This document shows positions 1-9,798 of a DNA stretch of 44,322 nt, one piece after another. Positions within the stretch are counted from its first letter, which is position 1. Every line of letters starts with the position of its first letter. The stretch lies in the NCBI GenBank assembly GCA_016936135.1, contig JAFGPP010000143.1, forward strand, positions 1-44,322. Reading direction: 5' to 3'. Below the pieces are notes generated by a model that saw only the letters and a program-made list of their open reading frames with translations, made no database searches and was not told where the DNA came from. This DNA comes from Thermoplasmatota archaeon. GTDB lineage: Archaea; Thermoplasmatota; E2; DHVEG-1. Both the position numbers and the translations under genes were made by a program.

Positions 1-386
1 ATGAAAAAACAGCTGATTCAATATGGGATGTTGCACCTGGTGTACCTGGATTAGAAACTACATTGTCTATTCTTTTAGATCAAGTAAGCAAAGGAAAAAT
101 GTCTCTGCCAGAAGTTGTTCAAAGTACATCTGAGCGTCCTGCGTTGCTTTATAATTTATTTGATAGAGGATCTTTAGCCGAGAAAAACTGGGCCGATCTT
201 GTAGTAGTAGATATGAATAAAAAAAATATTATAGATTCTTCCTTGTTTTTTTCAAAAGCAAAATATTCTCCTTTTGATAAGATGACGCTTAAAGGTAAAC
301 CCATAAAGACTTTTGTGAATGGAACCTTAGTTATTGATGATGGAAAAATGGTTTCGAGTACCCCCTCTGGACAATTATTACTGTAA
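1..386 (+). CDS. pyrC: Dihydroorotase-family amidohydrolase, 3' part (5' end lies outside the window)
   Basis: The frame is open from nt 3 and reads EKTADSIWDVAPGVPGLETTLSILL...RGSL...ADLVVVD...SKAKYSPFD...TFVNG, the typical dihydroorotase/allantoinase C-terminus. The ORF-track start at 63 is internal. Confidence 0.85.
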   Translation, partial: EKTADSIWDVAPGVPGLETTLSILLDQVSKGKMSLPEVVQSTSERPALLYNLFDRGSLAEKNWADLVVVDMNKKNIIDSSLFFSKAKYSPFDKMTLKGKPIKTFVNGTLVIDDGKMVSSTPSGQLLL

Positions 387-634
387 TCTGCCGCCTAAAT
401 ATTGTGTGCCATAGAGTTTAATTCTGTATTTTTTTTCTATAAAATCATTTCCTTATTGTTTATATATTTATCATGCAATATCCTGTTAAAAGATGAAACC
501 CCTTAAAATGTGATTCTTATCTGCTCCAATCAGGAGAGATTTGTCAGTGGGTGGCATAATCTAATTTTTTAAAGTCCTATAATTAATACTTTGAATATTT
601 TTTCGTTTTATTGAATCGTTTTTGTGTGACCAAA

Positions 635-991
635 ATGGGTAAACATAGAAGTCGTCTAAAAATATTAGCAAAAATTCTTTCTGTAGTTAATGATAATGAG
701 GGTGCCAAAAAAACTCAGATTATGTATCAAGCGTATTTGAGTTATAAACTTTTGACTCAATATTTGAATGACGTTCTTGATGCAGGATTACTTGTAAGCA
801 AAAATGGAAGTAATTATGAACTTACCCCAAAAGGCAAATTATTTTTGGTTAAATTTGAAGAATATGTCACTTCTTCTAAGCGCATAAGCAAACATTTAGA
901 TCACATTAAAGAACAGCGTCTAAAATTGAATGAAATGTGTCCTAATAATCAAATATTAAAGTCTACTGTTGATATCCAAAAAAATATCTAA
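635..991 (+). CDS. ArnR1-like winged helix-turn-helix regulator (HTH_45 type)
   Basis: RSRLKILAKIL...AKKTQIMYQAYLSY..L..YL..LDAGLL...YELTPKG pattern. Likely start is ATG 635 after GTGTGA; the ORF track starts at TTG 611. Confidence 0.85.
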   Translation: MGKHRSRLKILAKILSVVNDNEGAKKTQIMYQAYLSYKLLTQYLNDVLDAGLLVSKNGSNYELTPKGKLFLVKFEEYVTSSKRISKHLDHIKEQRLKLNEMCPNNQILKSTVDIQKNI

Positions 992-999
992 AGCTGAAG

Positions 1000-1232
1000 T
1001 AAAAAATTTTGTTATTAAAGTCGAAATTGTTTGCATTTTTGTTTTTTGTCTTTTATACCTATTAATGCATCACGTTTAGATGTACTTGATTTTTCCATTG
1101 CTGACTCAAGAGGATGTATTAGTTTCTGCTTATGAAACTGTTTTGGATGTTGAGCGAGTATCCGTGAATGTTTCAGTTTTGTTGCAGAATTTGAATGTTG
1201 CTAGTAATTATTTAGCTGATGTCGCAAATTAA
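1000..1232 (+). pseudogene. Degraded 5' remnant of a secreted/membrane helical hypothetical protein
   Basis: 1110-1232 reads EDVLVSAYETVLDVERVSVNVSVLLQNLNVASNYLADVAN*. Just upstream, in other frames, are FIPINASRLDVLDFSIADS and a hydrophobic stretch. It resembles the 'LVSAYEAVLEAE.AGANVS.LL..LN.A' hypothetical proteins recalled from Bathyarchaeia. Confidence 0.45.
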
Positions 1233-1379
1233 ATTAACTGTGCAGATGTTTGTGTAGTTCTTAGGACCCATGGGTTTCCTACACATTTTTATAATGATAA
1301 GGATTCGACAAAGATTTCTGAATATGCTGCATTAAAAAAGCCTATAGTAGCTACCGGTTATTCTTTGTCTAATTATTGA
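1233..1379 (+). pseudogene. Fragment of a GT4 glycosyltransferase C-terminal domain
   Basis: Reads INCADVCVVLRTHGFPTHFYNDKDSTKISEYAALKKPIVATGYSLSNY*, matching the GT-B 'ADV.V.P...K..EY.A.GKPIVAT' motif. It has no proper start and no N-terminal domain. Confidence 0.65.
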
Positions 1380-1400
1380 GCCTATTTGGAGAGTTTGAGT

Positions 1401-2381
1401 ATGCCCCGTCTTAGAGTTGCTGTTATTGGATTAGGAAAAATGGGTTTGCTTCATGCAAGTATCTTGAATATGATGCCCAATGTACAGGTTGTAGCTTTGT
1501 GTGACAAAAGCTCTTTACTTCTAAAATTTGTTAAGAAACTGTTTAAAGAATCTAGAACAGTACAAAATGTTGAGGACCTCTTAGGGCTGGATTTTGATTG
1601 TGCTTATATAACAACACCGATACCTGCGCATTATCCTGTTGTCCGTTCTATATACTTGAACAAAATTACTAGAAATCTGTTTGTGGAAAAAACGCTTGCT
1701 GACAATTGGGACAAAGCGAAAGCGTTGAGTGAGCTTGCAGAGGATTCTGGAGGCGTCAATATGGTCGGTTACATGAGGCGGTTTGCTGTAACTTTTCAGA
1801 AAGCCAAAAATTTGCTTGACAAAGAAACATTAGGTGAGATATCGTCTTTTTATGCATGTGCTTACTCATCTGATTTTGTAGATCTCAAAAGAGGCTCCAA
1901 AGTGTCAGGTTCAAGAGGAGGGGTACTCAACGATTTGGGTTCTCACGTCATTGATTTGGCATTTTTTTTCTTTGGCAACTTTGAAGTGACTTCAGCAAAG
2001 ACTGAATCGTATGGTGAAGGAGGTTCTGAGGATTCTGCACATTTCACAGTTAAACAATCTGATTTAGCTGGTCGATTCGATGTTTCGTGGTGCATGGATA
2101 ATTATCGTATGCCACATTTTGGAATAGAAATCAGAGGAGAAAAGGGAACCATCAACGTGAATGATGATAAAGTCGAGTTAACGCTCAATGGAAAATCAAA
2201 AAAGTGGTATCGGCATGACCTTTCTGACAACGTCGATTTCATGCTTGGGCTACCCGAATTTTATCGCGAAGACGAATATTTTGTTAATTCCGTTTTATCC
2301 GGCAACAAAACAGAACTCAATTTTCTAACTGCTTCCAAAGTTGACTATATTATTGATCAAGTCCAGAAGAAGGCGATGTAA
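1401..2381 (+). CDS. Gfo/Idh/MocA family oxidoreductase
   Basis: VAVIGLGKMG Rossmann motif, FVEK, VGYMRRF and GGVLNDLGSHVID. ATG 1401 follows GGAG; the ORF track starts at TTG 1386. Confidence 0.9.
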   Translation: MPRLRVAVIGLGKMGLLHASILNMMPNVQVVALCDKSSLLLKFVKKLFKESRTVQNVEDLLGLDFDCAYITTPIPAHYPVVRSIYLNKITRNLFVEKTLADNWDKAKALSELAEDSGGVNMVGYMRRFAVTFQKAKNLLDKETLGEISSFYACAYSSDFVDLKRGSKVSGSRGGVLNDLGSHVIDLAFFFFGNFEVTSAKTESYGEGGSEDSAHFTVKQSDLAGRFDVSWCMDNYRMPHFGIEIRGEKGTINVNDDKVELTLNGKSKKWYRHDLSDNVDFMLGLPEFYREDEYFVNSVLSGNKTELNFLTASKVDYIIDQVQKKAM

Positions 2382-3281
2382 ATGGTTGAAAATATTGAAC
2401 GATTACTGCTTGTCGGCGACAACCCCTTTCATGGTATAAGTCACCTATCACAGGATAGAGCAAGAGCAAGAGCTGAACAGATACGCTTCACAGAACATGC
2501 TACTAAGTTAGTTGTGTCTTCGATTTCTAATGGAGCTAACGGTTTCATGTTTTCAGTCAGTGAGACAACTCTCGCAACTCTAAAAATGATGGCTGAGAAA
2601 TTAGGAGACAAGCCTATAGAGCTTTACGCTATTGTCCCATATGCTTACGAATATGTCCGGCTTGCCACACAATTAGGAGTTGTTGGTTTAGTTAAAAAAT
2701 TAGGCAAAAAGATAGTGCTATTAGGAAACTCGGGAGCCATTTTTAATGGTCTAAAAGGTATCTTACGTGTGGACCCAGAATGCTTGATGAAGACTTATTT
2801 GCTTTACGAACTTTCCAGAATCAAATCGTCAGCTGGAAAACAAATGAATATTGCATCACTTATGCTTCACGAAGTAGTAACTGATATGCTTCTATCTATG
2901 AATGCAGACTGGCTAGTCAAATCATATATTAACTTCCTTTCTAAACGCAAAATAAAACCAGGTTTTGAAACGCGCAATTTCGAATATTTAGTAAACAAAT
3001 TCAAAGAGTGGAATATCGATTTTAGCAAAATTGTGATTGCTGCACCCTTCAACAAAGTAGGGTTTCAAATGGTTCCGTCAAAAGAAAAATGCGAAAAAAC
3101 ATTGGCTGAAATTCCAGAATCTACTATAATTGCATTCAGCATTTTAGCGGCTGGCTACCTCAAACTTGACGAAGCAGTTGATTACATGAAAACTTTGCCT
3201 AATCTGAAAGGCGTTGCAGTGGGTGTATCAAAGGAGCATCAATCCCGAGAAACATTCAAATTTCTTCACAAAAAGTTTTAA
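2382..3281 (+). CDS. Conserved hypothetical protein, possibly an aldo/keto-reductase-like TIM barrel
   Basis: 299-aa ORF starting directly after the upstream stop (TAA-ATG). Motifs LLVGDNPFHGISHLSQ, PFNKVGFQM and IAFSILAAGYL. Confidence 0.75.
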   Translation: MVENIERLLLVGDNPFHGISHLSQDRARARAEQIRFTEHATKLVVSSISNGANGFMFSVSETTLATLKMMAEKLGDKPIELYAIVPYAYEYVRLATQLGVVGLVKKLGKKIVLLGNSGAIFNGLKGILRVDPECLMKTYLLYELSRIKSSAGKQMNIASLMLHEVVTDMLLSMNADWLVKSYINFLSKRKIKPGFETRNFEYLVNKFKEWNIDFSKIVIAAPFNKVGFQMVPSKEKCEKTLAEIPESTIIAFSILAAGYLKLDEAVDYMKTLPNLKGVAVGVSKEHQSRETFKFLHKKF

Positions 3282-3360
3282 CTAGTTAAAGATGAACTAG
3301 GCACAGAACATTTGATTATTTTACGTTTCTATTCGGTATTTTCCCACGAAAATTTGTAAG

Positions 3361-4518
3361 GTGACAAAATTGATAGAAATACTGCACACTTTGTTATTTT
3401 TTTCTCTGGCAATCCCTGTTATTATCTTCGGATCATATGGATTAATTTTGCTTTACTATCATAGGCAACAGAAGAAAGACGGAACAGGTACGGACACTGC
3501 AATCCAGCCTCTTGTATCCGTTGTAATTGCAACACATGATGAAGAGAAGGTGATAAGCAAAAAAATTGAAAATGTTCTCGCATCTAACTATCCCTCAGAT
3601 AAACTTGAGTTGATATTCGTTGACGACTCCAAAGATTCAACTCCACAAAAAATCCGAGAATATGCCCAAAAATATCCTAACATACATTTGATTAGATTCA
3701 AAGAACGTATGGGCTATAGCCCCTCTATGATTAGGGGCTGTCAAGAAGCAAATGGCGAAATAATCGTCCTGAATGACGCTGGCTCATTTCTTGATACAGA
3801 AGCAATACCCAATCTCATTTCTCACTTTAGTGACCCAAAAGTTGGTGTCGTAACCGGAAATGATGTCCTCATGAACAAAAACGAAAGTGGAGGCAAGTCG
3901 GAAGGTTTATACCTTAAATTTTTGGACTTTCAACGAACCGCAGAAACTAAGATGGACTCAACATTCTTCATAAAGGGAGAAGCAACTGCCACAAGAAAAA
4001 ACTTGATTAGCGACATAAAAAATTGTGGCGAAACCTTCGATAGCACTGTAGGCTTGTTTGTGAGACAAAAGGGCTACAAGGTTGTATACGATCCAAACGT
4101 AAAATTTTATGAGTATGCTCCATCCACGCACAATGGGTTAGTTAAACAGAAGACAATCAGAGCCGCAAACTTAATCAAAGTTCTGTGGCGGTTCAAGCAT
4201 TTGATGTTCAAGCCTGAACTTGGAAAATATGGCTCCATAATATTGCCCATGAATTTTGCTATGCTAATAGTAACCCCTGTAGCAATAATGCTGGCATTCA
4301 TGATTTTGGCAATAATGCCCTTCTTTGATTTGTTTCTTTCTAGTATTCTCTGGGCAGCGGGCGGCTCAATTTTTCTGTTCATTTTGGTGATCCGGAGGAA
4401 TCTTGCTATTACGTTTCTTGGACTTGAATACAGCTTGCTTAAGGCTTTATACCAGACCATTTTTATAAAGAAGACGCATGATAAGATAGATAAAGTTGCG
4501 TCAACCCGAAGATGCTAA
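3361..4518 (+). CDS. Membrane GT2 glycosyltransferase (PgaC/cellulose-synthase-like)
   Basis: N-terminal TM, VSVVIATHDEE, FVDDSKDST and C-terminal TM helices. The DxD and QxxRW motifs are degenerate (NDAG, QKTIRA). Confidence 0.85.
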   Translation: MTKLIEILHTLLFFSLAIPVIIFGSYGLILLYYHRQQKKDGTGTDTAIQPLVSVVIATHDEEKVISKKIENVLASNYPSDKLELIFVDDSKDSTPQKIREYAQKYPNIHLIRFKERMGYSPSMIRGCQEANGEIIVLNDAGSFLDTEAIPNLISHFSDPKVGVVTGNDVLMNKNESGGKSEGLYLKFLDFQRTAETKMDSTFFIKGEATATRKNLISDIKNCGETFDSTVGLFVRQKGYKVVYDPNVKFYEYAPSTHNGLVKQKTIRAANLIKVLWRFKHLMFKPELGKYGSIILPMNFAMLIVTPVAIMLAFMILAIMPFFDLFLSSILWAAGGSIFLFILVIRRNLAITFLGLEYSLLKALYQTIFIKKTHDKIDKVASTRRC

Positions 4519-4550
4519 AAATTATTATAAAAATTAAGGTGATGTGAAAT

Positions 4551-5498
4551 ATGAAAGTTGTTGTAACTGGTGCTGGTGGCTTTATTGGTTCCCATCTTTG
4601 TCGGTATCTGCAGGATAAAGGCTATTGGGTTAGAGCCGTAGACATCAAATGGGACAATTACATGTCAAATTATGCAGATGAATATATTACTACCGATCTT
4701 AGAAACGCTGACTCTTGCTACGAGATTACAAAAGGAATGAACAGAGTCTACAACTTGGCAGCAAATATGGGCGGAATAGGCTACATAACAGAAGTAAAAG
4801 CGGAAATTGTCAGGGACAACGTGCTAATAAACGTGAACATGCTGGAAGCTGCAAGAAAAAGCAATGTCGACAGATTCTTTTTCAGTTCCTCAGCATGTGC
4901 CTATCCAACGTATAAACAAGAATCCGCTGCAATTATTCCGTTGAAAGAAGATGATGCTTACCCCGCAGATCCAGACAATGAGTATGGCTGGGAAAAGCTC
5001 TTTTCTGAACGGCTATGTTTGGACTATGCAGAAGATTTTGGTTTAACGACTAGAATAGCAAGATTCCATAATATCTATGGACCTGAAGGAACATACATGG
5101 GAGGAAGGGAAAAAGCTCCCGCCGCTTTATGTAGAAAAGTAGCTGAGGTGTCTAGCCCTGGGAAATTAGAGATCTGGGGTGATGGAAAGCAGACGAGGTC
5201 TTTTTGTTATGTAGATGACTGTGTTAGAGGAATCGAACAACTAATAGAATCTGACTATCCTAACCCCCTTAATATTGGATCTGATAGATTAGTGACTATC
5301 AACGAACTTGCTGATATTATAATAGACCTATCTGGAAAAAAAATTGAAAAAATCCATGATCCCACTAAGCCTCAAGGTGTTAGAGGCAGAAATGCAGATC
5401 TCACATTAATTACAAAAGTTTTAGGCTGGAAACCAATTGTTTCACTAGAAGAAGGTCTCGATAAAACCTACAAATGGATAGAAAATCAATTGCGCTAG
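4551..5498 (+). CDS. NAD-dependent epimerase, GDP-mannose 3,5-epimerase (GME)-like
   Basis: TGAGGFIG, LAANMGGIGYI, SSACAYP, YGWEK, GGREKAPAALCRK and PQGVRGRN are GME-subfamily signatures. An AAGGTGA RBS precedes the start. Confidence 0.88.
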   Translation: MKVVVTGAGGFIGSHLCRYLQDKGYWVRAVDIKWDNYMSNYADEYITTDLRNADSCYEITKGMNRVYNLAANMGGIGYITEVKAEIVRDNVLINVNMLEAARKSNVDRFFFSSSACAYPTYKQESAAIIPLKEDDAYPADPDNEYGWEKLFSERLCLDYAEDFGLTTRIARFHNIYGPEGTYMGGREKAPAALCRKVAEVSSPGKLEIWGDGKQTRSFCYVDDCVRGIEQLIESDYPNPLNIGSDRLVTINELADIIIDLSGKKIEKIHDPTKPQGVRGRNADLTLITKVLGWKPIVSLEEGLDKTYKWIENQLR

Positions 5499-5586
5499 GA
5501 CAAACTAACAAATCATCATATAACTTAATGGGTGTTAGGCTAGCGCTCCTATGTATTAATTCTCCAGCAATAGCACATATAATTAA

Positions 5587-5602
5587 TTTTTATGCATAAA
5601 AA
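5587..5602. promoter_or_regulatory. Perfect 16-bp palindrome upstream of rfbF, possible operator
   Basis: TTTTTATGCATAAAAA, about 40 nt before ATG 5643 and followed by AACATT-A-AATGTT. The AT-rich context weakens its significance. Confidence 0.25.
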
Positions 5603-5642
5603 AGCAACATTAAATGTTTACAAATATTTAAGGTGAAAGTTT

Positions 5643-6416
5643 ATGAAAGTTGCAATTCTTGCGGGAGGGTTAGGCACACGTCTTACCGAGGAAACTATCA
5701 TTAAACCAAAACCTATGGTAGAAATCGGAGGGCGCCCAATTCTTTGGCATATTATGACTCATTATTCCTATTTTGGTTTTAATGAATTCATAATAGCATT
5801 AGGCTATAAAGGCGAATACATAAAGTCTTGGATGAATGATTACTTCAATTTGAAAAAAAATATAGTAGTTGAAAAGAATAAAAAAGAATTTTTTATTCGT
5901 GATATGAATAAAGATGGTTGGGCCGTCCATTTAGTTGACACTGGACAAAAAACGCAAACTGGTGGTCGCATCAAGCGGCTAGCTCCATGGTTAGACGATC
6001 ACACTTTCATGTTAACATGGTGCGACGCTGTTGCAAATATTAATCTGCAGGATTTGCTCAACTTTCATTTTTCACATGGAAAACTGGCAACAGTTACTGC
6101 AGTCAGACCAAAACCTAGGTTCGGTCACCTTGTTATAAAAAAAGATGCAGTAACAAAATTTAAAGAGAAATCGCTAGCGGATGAAGCTTGGATAAATGGT
6201 GCTTTTTTCGTCTTAGAACCTGAAATTTTTGATTATATTGATGGCGATGATACTCAATGGGAAAAAGAACCTTTAGAGAACTTGGCAAAAAATGGGCAAC
6301 TTATGGCATTTAAGCACAAAGGTTTCTGGCAGTGTATGGATACAATTCATGAAAAAAATGAATTAGAAAAAATGTGGGATAGAAGCTGTGCCCCATGGAA
6401 ATTATGGAAAGGTTAG
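5643..6416 (+). CDS. rfbF: Glucose-1-phosphate cytidylyltransferase
   Basis: ILAGGLGTRLTEET..KPKPMVEIGGRPILWHIM, VDTG..TQTGGRIKR, GFWQCMDT and APWK.W. An AAGGTGA RBS precedes the start. Confidence 0.93.
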   Translation: MKVAILAGGLGTRLTEETIIKPKPMVEIGGRPILWHIMTHYSYFGFNEFIIALGYKGEYIKSWMNDYFNLKKNIVVEKNKKEFFIRDMNKDGWAVHLVDTGQKTQTGGRIKRLAPWLDDHTFMLTWCDAVANINLQDLLNFHFSHGKLATVTAVRPKPRFGHLVIKKDAVTKFKEKSLADEAWINGAFFVLEPEIFDYIDGDDTQWEKEPLENLAKNGQLMAFKHKGFWQCMDTIHEKNELEKMWDRSCAPWKLWKG

Positions 6417-6462
6417 AATCTAAATTATTTTTATTGTTAGAAAATTAAATTGAGGAGATAAA

Positions 6463-7077
6463 TTGCGCTTTAAGACATACAAGCCATTTATTATTATACT
6501 TGCGTTTATTTTGTGCCTGACACTTACTGTAGCGCTAATTGCTAGCTTTTGGCCAAAATATGAGGATCAGTTCTTCGAATTTGGTCTCCTGGGGAAAGAT
6601 AAACGAGCTGAAGCATATTATCCAAACGACAACTCTACTTTAATCCTAGGTTCCCAACTTAATTGGTATATCTTTATTCACAACCATATGGGAAGTGATC
6701 AAAATGTTGTTGTCAAAGTTAAACTTGTTAATTCCAGTGTAGGTCTGGAAATTGATCAACATAATGAGGCCCTTATTTTTGACTCTTTAGTTGAATTTCC
6801 TTTGCTACTTCCGGTTAATAATACTTTATTAGTGCCATTTTCATGGACTGTTGTCGATGCAAGTCCACAAGAAAATTCAATAATTCTTAAACAATTAATT
6901 ATTAACGATCAGGTATTTGATGTAGATATTCCTGCTGTATCCAACTCATTCTTTCGGATGGTTTTTGAACTGTGGGTATATGATTCATCTTCCGAATCAT
7001 ATACTTTTGGATGGACTTCGCAGGGTGAATTCCATTCCGCTCAATTTTATGTTGGGTTTAGGATAAGCCAAACATAA
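6463..7077 (+). CDS. DUF1616 domain membrane-anchored protein
   Basis: N-terminal TM followed by FFEFGLLGKD..AE.YYP, I.NH.G and R.VFELW. GAGGAG RBS before a TTG start. Confidence 0.75.
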   Translation: MRFKTYKPFIIILAFILCLTLTVALIASFWPKYEDQFFEFGLLGKDKRAEAYYPNDNSTLILGSQLNWYIFIHNHMGSDQNVVVKVKLVNSSVGLEIDQHNEALIFDSLVEFPLLLPVNNTLLVPFSWTVVDASPQENSIILKQLIINDQVFDVDIPAVSNSFFRMVFELWVYDSSSESYTFGWTSQGEFHSAQFYVGFRISQT

Positions 7078-7350
7078 GATTGTTGATTTTAACATGAATC
7101 AACTTTTGCCTGCCCACTTTTTTAAAAAATTAATGTGATTATCTGGATAAATGCATTTTTCCTTTTAATTTTATAAATCCCATTGCTTAAAGAGTTATTT
7201 TTTGGGAAAAAATTCATTTTGTTTGGTTTTTGACCTAGTGAGAAACTACACAAAACTAAATACGCTTTGTACCATTGAAAAAACATAGCAATATTGCCAA
7301 ACAGCTACCTTTTAATTGAAGTATATAACACTCTTGGGATGTTTTTTACT

Positions 7351-8292
7351 ATGGAAAAAAGATTAGATGGTAAAATCAGTAATTTTCTTGACACGTCTTT
7401 AGTAATAACCACAATTAAAGAAAGAAGACAATATTTAGTTGATTTGTTGCAATGCATACTCAATCAAACAATAAAACCTCTTGAAATAATAGTGGTGTGT
7501 GATAGTAAGATAAAGATGCCACTTGAAATCTTAGGCAGATATGAGGCATTGGGGATACCCATTGCATTTATTGAGGTGTCCCCAGAACTAACCTTGGGCG
7601 AAACTAGAAATATCGGTCTAAGGAATACTCATAATCAATACATCTTCTTCTTGGATGATGACACTTTTCCAAACTCAAATTGGTTTGTTGAAATGAGTAA
7701 AAGTTTGGAAAAAGGAGCCGATGTTGTAGGCGGGGTATCTAGGCCATTTTTTAACAAAGGATTCAAGGAACCAATTTGGTGGGACGAAGTTCTGATGGGG
7801 CCTTATGTTGCTGTAGGTAATCAATTCCTAAATTTTTATGACAAAATATGGGGCTGCAATTTTGCCATTAGAAAAGATGTTGTGAATAAGATTGGATATT
7901 TTGACAAGAATCTCGGAATGAGAAGGGCCTCTCCAAAGCTACTTGCTGAAGACTCAGAATTCGTAGATAGAGCAGTACGTAGTGGTTTGGTAGTTCGGTT
8001 TAATTCACGTGCTGTTGTTCAACATAGATTAAATGCAGACAGAATTAATCTGTTGAATTTCAAGAAGCGTGCTTGGCAAGAAGGTGAGACCTTTAAGAAA
8101 TTAAATGTGAAACGTAAATCATATTCCACTTCTGAATTTATTAGAGTCATATCATTGAAGTATTTACGCGGTTTTTATTTTGTGATTAAGAGAAAAAGTA
8201 CTGTTGTTGCATTACCCATACATATGTTGTTATTGGTTTATGAACTAATGGGGTGGTTAGGTATAAATGATAGTAGTACACTATCGGTTTAA
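7351..8292 (+). CDS. GT2 glycosyltransferase
   Basis: RNIG, FFLDDD, WGCNFAIR and AEDSEF motifs. The start is uncertain (7294 TTG, 7339 or 7351 ATG). Confidence 0.88.
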   Translation: MEKRLDGKISNFLDTSLVITTIKERRQYLVDLLQCILNQTIKPLEIIVVCDSKIKMPLEILGRYEALGIPIAFIEVSPELTLGETRNIGLRNTHNQYIFFLDDDTFPNSNWFVEMSKSLEKGADVVGGVSRPFFNKGFKEPIWWDEVLMGPYVAVGNQFLNFYDKIWGCNFAIRKDVVNKIGYFDKNLGMRRASPKLLAEDSEFVDRAVRSGLVVRFNSRAVVQHRLNADRINLLNFKKRAWQEGETFKKLNVKRKSYSTSEFIRVISLKYLRGFYFVIKRKSTVVALPIHMLLLVYELMGWLGINDSSTLSV

Positions 8293-8587
8293 TGGCTTTT
8301 TGAAAATTTTTGTTTTTGTAGGCGTTTAGTTAAAAAAAACTATCCTGCTATTTGTTGTTTTTATGTTTCTAATATTTGATGAACTTCCTTACCTGAGACT
8401 AAAGACCAGTTATATTCATCCTTTTGCATGCTTGTCAATTGGTTTTTTTATATCATGGTTTAATTTAATTTGAAATTTTTTCATCTTACTAACTGGGACT
8501 GAAATGACCCCTCTTAATTTGAATATTAAAAAGATCATTTTTCAAAAAACTATAAAATTTTATTATATTTAAAGCGTGTGTGATTAA

Positions 8588-9760
8588 GTGAAAACCAAGA
8601 CAAAAAATCAGTTAAAAATAGCTTTTGTGTTTTATGCATATCTTGGATACCGTATTCCTCTTTTTGAGAAGCTATCTTCCGAATATAACATGCATTTTTT
8701 TTTCGAATATTTTGATTCGTCGTTTAAAAGAGATACAAAGCATGCAAGCAAAATAAGGTTAAATTTTTTAAAAAGAATTAAACTTACAAGTAAATATTTT
8801 TTTTCTCCATCATTGTTCTTATACCTTATAAAAGGAAGATATGATGTGTTTATTGGTGGAAATATAGGAGAAATAAATACTTATATAACCTGTCTAGTAG
8901 CGCGTTTGCTTCGAAAACCATTCGTATTTTGGGATGAAAATTGGTATTGGCCTTCAAAGAAATGGCGGCGTTTTGCGTGGCCTATTATTCTTTGGGCTAT
9001 CAACAATTCGCAAGCGATTGTTGTTTCAGGTTCAAAATCAAAAGAATTCTACTGTGCAATAAATTATTCCATACGACGTAAAACGTTTGTTGAACCTAAT
9101 GTGAGCTTATTGCCAAAAAGCAAAGAAATTTCTTCCCACACAAAAGTATTGAGAAAGTCTTTGAAGCTGAATAAGAAGAAAATTATTGTATATTATGGTA
9201 GGTTAATAAAAGTAAAAGGTTTCGAATATCTATTCGAAGCATTTTCTAAAATACAGAAACATTTCCCTGATGCCTTTCTTTTAGTTATCGGTGGAGTATA
9301 TGGTACAGGAGAAAAATATAGTTATGAAAAATTAGATAATATGCGAAAAGTGTACGGGAATGACAAAGTCCATTTTACAGGTACATTGGTTGATCCAAAT
9401 CAAAAAGCTGCTTATTTGTTGCTAGCTGATGTAGTAGTAGTTCCCTCAATCTTTGCTGGTGATGAATATGAAGTTTGGGGATTTGTACTTAATGAATCCA
9501 TGTCTATGGGTAAGCCTGTGATTGCTACAAAAGCTGTAGGAGCAGCTTATGACCTTATCCAAAATGGAATTAATGGCTTTATCGTACCTGAAAAGGACCC
9601 TGAATCTTTGTTTGTAGCGATTAAAAATATACTTGAGGATCCTCTTAAACAACAGACCATGGGTGTGAACTCTTTGAAATTATTGGAAACGAATTTTTCT
9701 TATGAACATATTTCGATGGGTTTTAAGAATGCAATAGAGTTTCTTTTGAGCAAGAGTTAG
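8588..9760 (+). CDS. GT4 glycosyltransferase
   Basis: YYGRLIKVKG, ADVVVVPS and EVWGFVLNESMSMGKPVIAT. Confidence 0.92.
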   Translation: MKTKTKNQLKIAFVFYAYLGYRIPLFEKLSSEYNMHFFFEYFDSSFKRDTKHASKIRLNFLKRIKLTSKYFFSPSLFLYLIKGRYDVFIGGNIGEINTYITCLVARLLRKPFVFWDENWYWPSKKWRRFAWPIILWAINNSQAIVVSGSKSKEFYCAINYSIRRKTFVEPNVSLLPKSKEISSHTKVLRKSLKLNKKKIIVYYGRLIKVKGFEYLFEAFSKIQKHFPDAFLLVIGGVYGTGEKYSYEKLDNMRKVYGNDKVHFTGTLVDPNQKAAYLLLADVVVVPSIFAGDEYEVWGFVLNESMSMGKPVIATKAVGAAYDLIQNGINGFIVPEKDPESLFVAIKNILEDPLKQQTMGVNSLKLLETNFSYEHISMGFKNAIEFLLSKS

Positions 9761-9798
9761 TTGTAAAATTTATTGTACATAATGTATACTAATCAGCA

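Noticed and set aside
8361-8429. 22-codon minus-strand ORF MQKDEYNWSLVSGKEVHQILET resembling a GT4 C-terminal helix
   Set aside because: Too short, and the resemblance (YNW) is too weak to support a pseudogene call.
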